From: an uncultured Alphaproteobacteria bacterium
Lineage (GTDB): Bacteria; Pseudomonadota; Alphaproteobacteria; Rhizobiales; Kaistiaceae
Assembly (NCBI GenBank): GCA_963781775.1
Contig: CAWAHE010000011.1
Coordinates: 130,312 to 194,311 of the forward strand
Reading direction: 5' to 3'
DNA: 64,000 nt
Shown here in pieces: positions 58,306-64,000 of this stretch (position 1 is its first letter; each line of letters opens with the position of its first letter). The notes under the pieces are model-generated. The model was not told where the DNA came from. It saw only the letters and a program-made list of their open reading frames with translations, and searched no databases. A program made the translations under genes and the position numbers.

Positions 58306-58317
58306 GCTCGATAAGCT

Positions 58318-58530
58318 CTAGACGAGCTCGAGCTTCACTGCCTTCGGGCCCTTGCCCATCTTGTCCGGCTCGACCTCGAACGAGACCTGCTGGCCGTCGG
58401 TCAGGTGGCTGATGCCGGCCTGCTCGAGCGCGCTGACGTGAACGAACACGTCCTTGGAGCCGCCCTGCGGGGTGATGAAGCCGAAGCCTTTAGAGGAGTT
58501 GAAGAACTTTACGGTGCCAGTCTGGCGCAT
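58318..58530 (-). CDS. cspA: Cold-shock protein (CspA family)
   Basis: These are the last 70 aa of ORF 58318..58755, from the ATG at 58530. It has RNP1 (KGFGFI) and RNP2 (VFVHVS). Confidence 0.95.
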   Translation of the reverse strand: MRQTGTVKFFNSSKGFGFITPQGGSKDVFVHVSALEQAGISHLTDGQQVSFEVEPDKMGKGPKAVKLELV

Positions 58531-58777
58531 TGGGATATCCTTTTCCCTAGTTGTCACAATGGGCGCACGCACGCCCGAACGTTGTCGGCAGCTTGTTGAT
58601 CGGGGAAAGGAAGCAAAGCGTCTTATCGAGACGGCCAGGGAAATTCCCAAGACCCGCGAGGCGTTTACCCCCGCGCCGTTTTCCAGTCTCCGGGGTAAAA
58701 GTGCCCGAACGGTGCAGATATGACTCGAAAATGCCCAGATTGCAAGGCGCGGCATATTTTCGCGGAGCCCGACAACC

Positions 58778-60179
58778 CTAGCGCGTCACCAGCTCCGGCC
58801 CCATCAAAGTGTAGGGCAGCCAGGTCGACAGGATCGGCGTGTAGGTCACAAGCACGAGGAACAGGAGCAGGATGGCGACGAACGGCATCGCCGCCCGCAC
58901 GACCTCGACCAGGCTCATGCCGGTTATCCCGGAAGTGACGAACAGGTTGAGCCCGATCGGCGGGGTGATCATGCCGATCTCCATGTTGACCACCATGATG
59001 ATGCCGAGATGGATCGGGTCGACGCCAAGCTCGATGGCGATGGGAAAAACCAGCGGCGCCACGATCAGCAATAGTCCTGACGGCTCCATGAACTGACCGC
59101 CGAGCAGGAGCAGCACGTTGACGGCGATCAGGAATGTCCACCAGTTGAAGCCGGCGCCGATCATCCAGTCGGTGATCACCTGCGGTATGCGCTCGGTGGT
59201 CAGCACATGGGCGAAGAGCAGCGCGTTGGCGATGATGAACATCAGCATGATGGTCGTGCGGGCCGAGTCGACGAGCACCTTCACCGTGTCGCGATGCAGG
59301 CAGGCAGGCACGAACCAGGCCACCGTCGCGCCGATATTGCGCAGCGACGGCGCGGCCAAGCGGCTCACCCGGCTTCCGCCACGGCACGTCCTTCAGCGGC
59401 CCCATGTCGCGATAGACAAACAGCGCGATCAGGAAGGCATAGACCGCCGCCACGGCCGCCGCCTCGGTCGGCGTGAAGATGCCGCCATAGATGCCGCCGA
59501 GAATGATGATGACCAGGAACAGGCCGAAGGCGGACTCGATCGCCGCCACCGACATCTCGCGGAAGCCGACGAAAGGCTGCGCCGGCAGGCCCTTGACCCG
59601 CGCCGCGATGTAGATGCCGGCCATCAGCATCAGTCCGGCGACGAAGCCCGGGATGATGCCGGCGAGAAACATGCGGCCAACCGAAACGTCGGTGGCGGCG
59701 CAATAGACCACCATCACGATCGACGGCGGGATGAGGATGCCGAGCGTGCCGGCATTGGCGATCACGCCGGCGGCGAATTCCTTCGAGTAGCCGACCTCGC
59801 GCATGGCGGCGATGGCGATGGTGCCGATGGCGACGACGGTTGCCGGCGACGATCCGGAAAGCGCCGCGAACAGCATGCAGGCGAAGACGCCGGCCATGGC
59901 GAGACCGCCGCGAAAGTGGCCGACACAGGCGATGGCGAAGCGGATGATGCGGCGCGCGACGCCGCCGGTCGACAGGAAGTTGGAGGCGAGCACGAAAAAC
60001 GGGATGGCAAGCAGGGTATAGCCCTGCGTCGACTGGAAGAACTTCAGCGCGATCGAGGCCAGCGAGTCGTTCGAGAAGAAGATGATGATGACGAGGCTCG
60101 ATAGGCCGAGCGAAACGGCGATCGGTACGCCGAGCGCCAGCATCGAGAGAACGAGGACGAAGAGGATGGCGGATTCCAT
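58778..60179 (-). pseudogene. dctM: TRAP transporter large permease DctM, with its reading frame broken near 59340-59392
   Basis: The N-terminal 265 aa or so of ORF 58665..60179 are DctM-like, up to ..FVYRDMGPLKDVPWRKPGEP, and then turn Arg-rich. The C-terminal half (..DTVKVLVDSARTTIMLMFIIANALLFAHVLT..) is ORF 58778..59368, in another phase. The span is 1402 nt, which is 1 mod 3. Confidence 0.8.
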
Positions 60180-60188
60180 GTTCCGGCC

Positions 60189-60785
60189 TCAGCGCCCGGC
60201 GACAGGCGGCGGATCGACCCCGGCGCCCGACTGTTCGCGCAGGAGATCCTCGGCCTCGTGCCCCGCCGCCAGCCCGTCGCGCCGGCCGCGCAGGATCATC
60301 ACCGCCGCCTCGCCGGCGCGATATGCGAACAGGACCATGCCGATCGGCAGGATCGAGTAGATCGCCCAACGCGGCCAGTGCAGGTCGGCCGTCTTCAGCC
60401 CGACCGCGTACATCTTGCCGACATAGCCGGCGCCGCAAATCTTGCCGGTCGCCAGCGGATTACCGCAGGAGCCGTAGAAGAGGATTGCCGCATAGACGAT
60501 GCAGGCAAGCGCGCCGAACACCGCCATCGCCCGAAAGGCCGGCGCCGGCAGGAGGCGGATCAGAACGTCGACGCCGAGATGGGCGCCGATGCGCATGGCG
60601 TAGCTGGCGCCGAACAGGACGAGCCACGCAAACATGATGGTGGTGAGTTCGAGCGCCGACGCCCAGCCGGAATTGAACACGTAGCGGGCAACCACCTGGC
60701 TGAAGGTGACGATGGTCATCGCCGCCAGCAGCAGCGCGATCACCGACTCCTCGATGCGCCTCGTCAGCCTGTGGAATGCGTCCAT
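60189..60785 (-). CDS. dctQ: TRAP transporter small permease DctQ
   Basis: ORF 60189..60986, trimmed to the ATG at 60785 (MDAFHRLTRRIEESVIALLLAAM), 198 aa with 4 TM segments. There is a 9-bp gap to dctM. Confidence 0.85.
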   Translation of the reverse strand: MDAFHRLTRRIEESVIALLLAAMTIVTFSQVVARYVFNSGWASALELTTIMFAWLVLFGASYAMRIGAHLGVDVLIRLLPAPAFRAMAVFGALACIVYAAILFYGSCGNPLATGKICGAGYVGKMYAVGLKTADLHWPRWAIYSILPIGMVLFAYRAGEAAVMILRGRRDGLAAGHEAEDLLREQSGAGVDPPPVAGR

Positions 60786-60889
60786 GGCAGGCCCCTCCCC
60801 CGCGCGGCCGGCGCATTGCCGGCCGGAGCCGACGATATGAGACCGGAGGCCCGGACCCTCCCGCCCGGGCCTCCGCTTGTTCCGTTCGC

Positions 60890-61888
60890 CTAGGTGCCCT
60901 TGTTGGCCGCCAGCGCGGCGTCGATGACGTCCTGGCCGATCTGGTCGGAGAATTTCGACCACACCGGCTTCATCGCCGCCTTCCATGCGGCGCGCTGCGT
61001 ATCATCGAGCGTGCGGATGGTCGTGCCGGCGGCGACGATCTTTGCCTTGGCGGCCTCGTTCACTTCGCCGGCCTTGGCGTTCCACTTGTCGGTCACCTCG
61101 GTCAGGATCTTGCTCAACTGGTCGCGCTGGTCGGCTGGCAAGCCGTCCCAGAACTCAGCCGAGGTGACGAGCAGATAGTCGAGCACGCCGTGATTGGTCT
61201 CGGTGATGCCGTCCTGCACCTCGAAGAACTTCTGGGTGTAGATGTTGGAATAGGTGTTCTCCTGGCCGTCGACGACGCCGGTCTGCAACGCGCCATAGAC
61301 TTCCGAGAAGGCAAGCTTCTGCGGCACCGCGCCGAGCGCCTCGAACTGCGCTTGCAGAACGTCGGACGGCTGGATGCGGAATTTCAGTCCTTTGGCATCG
61401 GTCGGCAGCAACAGCGGCTTGTTGGCCGACATCTGCTTCATGCCGTTGTGCCAGAAGCCAAGGCCAACAAGGCCCTTGTCATGCATCGAATTGAGCATCT
61501 TCTGGCCGCCTTCCGACTTCTGGAAGCGGTCGACCGCGGCGATATCGTCAAACACGAAAGGCAGATCGAACAGGCGGAAGACCAGCGTGTACTGCTCGAA
61601 CTTGGACAGCGACGGCGCGGCGAGCTGAACGTCGCCGAGTATCATCGCCTCCAGCACCTTGTCGTCGTCGAAGAGCTGCGAGCTTGGATAAACCTCGACG
61701 CAGACCTTGCCGTTCATCTCGCTGTTGACGCGGTCGGCGAACTCGGTCGCCGCCTCACCCTTCGGATTGCCCTTTGGCGCGACGACATGACTGAATTTGA
61801 TGACCGTTTCGCCGGCGTCGCAGCCGCCGGCCGCGAAGGCCGGCGCCGAAAGCAGCAAGATTGCCGCGAACAATGCCAATCTTTTCAT
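60890..61888 (-). CDS. dctP: TRAP transporter substrate-binding protein (DctP family)
   Basis: ORF 60890..61903 with the ATG at 61888 (MKRLALFAAILLLSAPAFA). It has DctP-like blocks: IKFSHVVAPKGNPKGEAA and FWHNGMKQMSA. Confidence 0.85.
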   Translation of the reverse strand: MKRLALFAAILLLSAPAFAAGGCDAGETVIKFSHVVAPKGNPKGEAATEFADRVNSEMNGKVCVEVYPSSQLFDDDKVLEAMILGDVQLAAPSLSKFEQYTLVFRLFDLPFVFDDIAAVDRFQKSEGGQKMLNSMHDKGLVGLGFWHNGMKQMSANKPLLLPTDAKGLKFRIQPSDVLQAQFEALGAVPQKLAFSEVYGALQTGVVDGQENTYSNIYTQKFFEVQDGITETNHGVLDYLLVTSAEFWDGLPADQRDQLSKILTEVTDKWNAKAGEVNEAAKAKIVAAGTTIRTLDDTQRAAWKAAMKPVWSKFSDQIGQDVIDAALAANKGT

Positions 61889-62023
61889 GTAGTTCCCTCC
61901 CAAACGAATTATCGCCGGGCTCCCTCCGCCCGCTAGCCTTGTGGCTACAGGATCAAGCTCCAGTCATCCTTGCGATGAGTCAACCACGATAAGGGCTGCA
62001 AACCGCCGGCGGCGATCGCAATC

Positions 62024-62659
62024 CTAGGCGCGAAGGTGGGCCGCTTCCTGCGACAGCGCGATGATTCTCGCCCAGTCGCCGGCGGCCAGCGCATCGGCCG
62101 GCGCCACCCATGACCCGCCAACGCAGATGACGTTGGCAAGCCCCAGATAGGCCGGTGCGTTCTTCAGCGTGATCCCGCCGGTCGGGCAGAAGCGGATCGC
62201 CGGCAACGGAGCCGACAGCGCCTTGAGGTAGGCGAGCCCGCCGGCTGGCTCCGCGGGAAAGAACTTCAGCGTCGTGAAACCGGCCTCGGCCAGCGTCATC
62301 GCTTCACCGGCGGTCGCGACGCCCGGCAGAAACGGCACCGCACTGTCCTTGGCCGCTTCGATCAGGCCGGGCGTCGCGCCCGGGCTGACGATGAATTTCG
62401 CCCCGGCCTTGGCCGCGTCTTCGTATTGACGCACGTCGAGAACGGTCCCCGCGCCGACATTGGCGCCCTCGACATCGCCCGCTATGGCGCGAATGCAATC
62501 GAGCCCGGCGGCGGTGCGCAGCGTCACTTCCAGCGCGGTCAGTCCGCCAGCGACCAGCGCCCGCGCCAACGGTATCGCGGTTGCGCGATCGTCGATGGTC
62601 AGTACCGGGACCACCGGCGCTGCGGTGAGGATGGCTTGAAGCGTCTGGTCCTTGCTCAT
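62024..62659 (-). CDS. eda: Bifunctional 4-hydroxy-2-oxoglutarate aldolase / 2-dehydro-3-deoxyphosphogluconate aldolase
   Basis: These are the last 211 aa of ORF 62024..62962, from the ATG at 62659 (MSKDQTLQAIL). It carries PVLTIDD, LEVTLRT, GAGTVL, FIVSPG and LKFFPAE. Confidence 0.85.
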   Translation of the reverse strand: MSKDQTLQAILTAAPVVPVLTIDDRATAIPLARALVAGGLTALEVTLRTAAGLDCIRAIAGDVEGANVGAGTVLDVRQYEDAAKAGAKFIVSPGATPGLIEAAKDSAVPFLPGVATAGEAMTLAEAGFTTLKFFPAEPAGGLAYLKALSAPLPAIRFCPTGGITLKNAPAYLGLANVICVGGSWVAPADALAAGDWARIIALSQEAAHLRA

Positions 62660-62780
62660 GGCCGGCATGTGTAGCCATGCGCCGGCCGCAGACCAAGCGG
62701 ATTCTGGCGGCGCTTGTCGACTTTCGCGATTGCCCCTATAGGAACCACACCGCATTTCTTGCTTCTCCGGGGTCTTCAAA

Positions 62781-63398
62781 ATGTCGTCCACCACCGCCTC
62801 CCGTGCGCTCGCCACCGCTGTCTGGCCGGCGAGCGTCAGCCGCATCGTGCAAGCCGTGATTCTGGTCCTGCTCGGCACGGCGATCCTTGCCATTTCGGCG
62901 AAGGTGAAGGTGCCGTTCTGGCCGGTGCCGATGACGCTGCAAACCCTGGCGGTGCTGCTCATCGGCGCCGCCTATGGCTCGCGCCTCGCTGTTGCGACCG
63001 TGCTTGCCTACATCGCGGAAGGCATGCTCGGCCTGCCGGTCTTCACCAACACACCGCCTTTGCTCGCCGGCCCAGCCTACATGCTCGGACCGACGGCCGG
63101 CTTCATCATGAGCTGGGTCGTGGTCGCAGCCATTGTCGGCCTCGCCACCGATCGCGGCTGGGACCGCTCGCCGCTTCGCCTCGGCGCCGCCATGCTGGTG
63201 GCCGTGGCCGTACAATTCGCCATGGGCTTCGCCTGGCTGGCGTGGTTCGCCCAGCTCCCCAATGGCGCTGCCGGCATCGGGGTTGCCAAGGCGTTCGCCG
63301 GTGGCGTCGCGCCCTTCGTCCTCGGCGACCTGCTCAAGGTCGTGTTCGCCGCGGGCCTTATCCCGGCAAGCTGGACGCTGGTCGACCGCAAGGGCTGA
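62781..63398 (+). CDS. bioY: Biotin transporter BioY
   Basis: The ORF is 205 aa and carries VPFWPVPMTLQTLAVLLIGAAYG, GPTAGFIMSW and PFVLGDLLK. Confidence 0.8.
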   Translation: MSSTTASRALATAVWPASVSRIVQAVILVLLGTAILAISAKVKVPFWPVPMTLQTLAVLLIGAAYGSRLAVATVLAYIAEGMLGLPVFTNTPPLLAGPAYMLGPTAGFIMSWVVVAAIVGLATDRGWDRSPLRLGAAMLVAVAVQFAMGFAWLAWFAQLPNGAAGIGVAKAFAGGVAPFVLGDLLKVVFAAGLIPASWTLVDRKG

Positions 63399-63495
63399 GC
63401 GCCGGTCGACGGTCGCCGCGCTCGACGCGGCGATCCATTCCATTTGACCCATCGCGCGACACGTGCGGGTTGGGCACACGGCTTTGAGACACACT

Positions 63496-63581
63496 CCGGT
63501 CATTCCCGCGCAAGCGGGAATCCGGGGGGTTGATCGCCAGCGCCGGCTGCGTCGCCCCTGGGTCCCTGCGTTCGCAGGGAC
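63496..63581. repeat. REP-like GC-rich palindromic elements
   Basis: Hairpin 1 is ATTCCCGC-GCAA-GCGGGAAT (63502-63521), flanked by CCGG..CCGG. Hairpin 2 is GTCCCTGC-GTTC-GCAGGGAC (63562-63581). A degenerate CGCATTCCCGCGAGCG lies at about 63601. This is the familiar family that translates as VIPAQAGI. Confidence 0.7.
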
Positions 63582-63676
63582 GAGCGGGTGGGCACGGCCT
63601 CGCATTCCCGCGAGCGATTGGCTCCGGGTTGATGAACCTTTCAAAGAGCGTCCTCACGTCTTCTGACATGAGGGGT

Positions 63677-63740
63677 GGCGGGCGCTCGAAGAGTGCCGCG
63701 TCGGGTAGTCCGTTGGGTGGCGCTCTCACGAGCGCCCGCC
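63677..63740. repeat. Long imperfect palindrome or hairpin
   Basis: GGCGGGCGCTCG (63677-63688) pairs with CGAGCGCCCGCC (63729-63740). The stem extends imperfectly inward (GAGTGCC / GGCGCTC). Confidence 0.6.
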
Positions 63741-64000
63741 GCGGTGGTTTTCGCACCGGCCCCGCCTGGGCCAGAGACGAAGGCGAGGCGGGCTCCATCC
63801 GGACAGCCGACCTCTAGACGACCACGGCACCGTTGCGGATTTCCCCGCCCGTCTGCTCCGTGGTTGACCCTCGCCTGCCTGTAGCGCTGCCCTTCGGAGG
63901 CATAGCGCGGCGAAGGAGCGATCCTCCGCTGGCGGGCTTCCGGGCCTCCGCCGCTCCGCTTGCGATGCGAGGCGGCGGACACCGCACCCCGCTCCACCTC

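Noticed and set aside
58665-58777. Tail of ORF 58665..60179, extending DctM by about 240 Arg/His-rich residues into the cspA upstream region
   Set aside because: This is the out-of-frame continuation after the dctM frame break. The genuine C-terminal half is ORF 58778..59368.
63790-63880. tRNA-like D-arm (minus strand GTCGTCTAGAGGTCGGC) and loose resemblance to ykkC/guanidine or cobalamin riboswitch boxes
   Set aside because: No anticodon stem, T-arm (GTTCGAATC-like) or acceptor pairing can be drawn. The riboswitch similarities are limited to a few bases and fall in the wrong order.

Overview
This is a visibly high-GC chromosomal segment (roughly two-thirds G+C by eye, not computed). Its gene content includes homospermidine synthase, a eukaryote-type ornithine decarboxylase behind a long structured leader, an Omp25/RopB-like porin, DppABCDF, a TRAP transporter and REP-like GTCATTCCCGCG..CGGGAATC hairpins. 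That content points to an alphaproteobacterium of the order Hyphomicrobiales (Rhizobiales).

I can support 59 protein-coding loci. They are densely packed, and many have 1-13 bp start/stop overlaps. I saw no rRNA, tRNA, CRISPR array, transposase, integrase or phage genes, so this is ordinary metabolic and transport chromosome rather than a mobile island.

Gene blocks in order:
- A minus-strand array of ggt, amidase, an ASK1-like TPR protein, DUF1007 and a NicO Ni/Co transporter, divergent from an arsR-SRPBCC pair.
- Polyamine genes: odc-GNAT, and hss about 8 kb further on.
- Envelope and peptidase genes.
- A COG0523 metallochaperone.
- dppA-dppA-dppBCDF.
- A roughly 14-kb block of amidohydrolase, flavoprotein and ABC-importer genes, likely for N-heterocycle catabolism.
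- Assorted dehydrogenases and regulators.
- cspA, dctPQM-eda and bioY.

Most noteworthy observations:
1. A stand-alone bacterial homologue of the ASK1/MAP3K5 regulatory module (1513-2880). It joins a TIR/deoxyribosyltransferase-like Rossmann domain to a DUF4071 TPR array and is uncharacterised in bacteria as far as I know.
2. Two paralogous, translationally coupled hydrolase + FAD-oxidase gene pairs, embedded with a cog0402 deaminase, RidA and an NMT1-type ABC importer.
3. Two transporter genes with broken reading frames. nicO carries a perfect 8-bp tandem duplication, and dctM has a net +1 nt.
4. A near-consensus promoter with a perfect 16-bp palindrome and an apparently leaderless arsR.
5. 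A 0.5-kb structured odc leader, a candidate speF RNA motif.
6. A 0.7-kb gene-less stretch with coding-like remnants, and a REP/hairpin-rich window end.

All calls come from reading the sequence and the ORF track. No searches were run.
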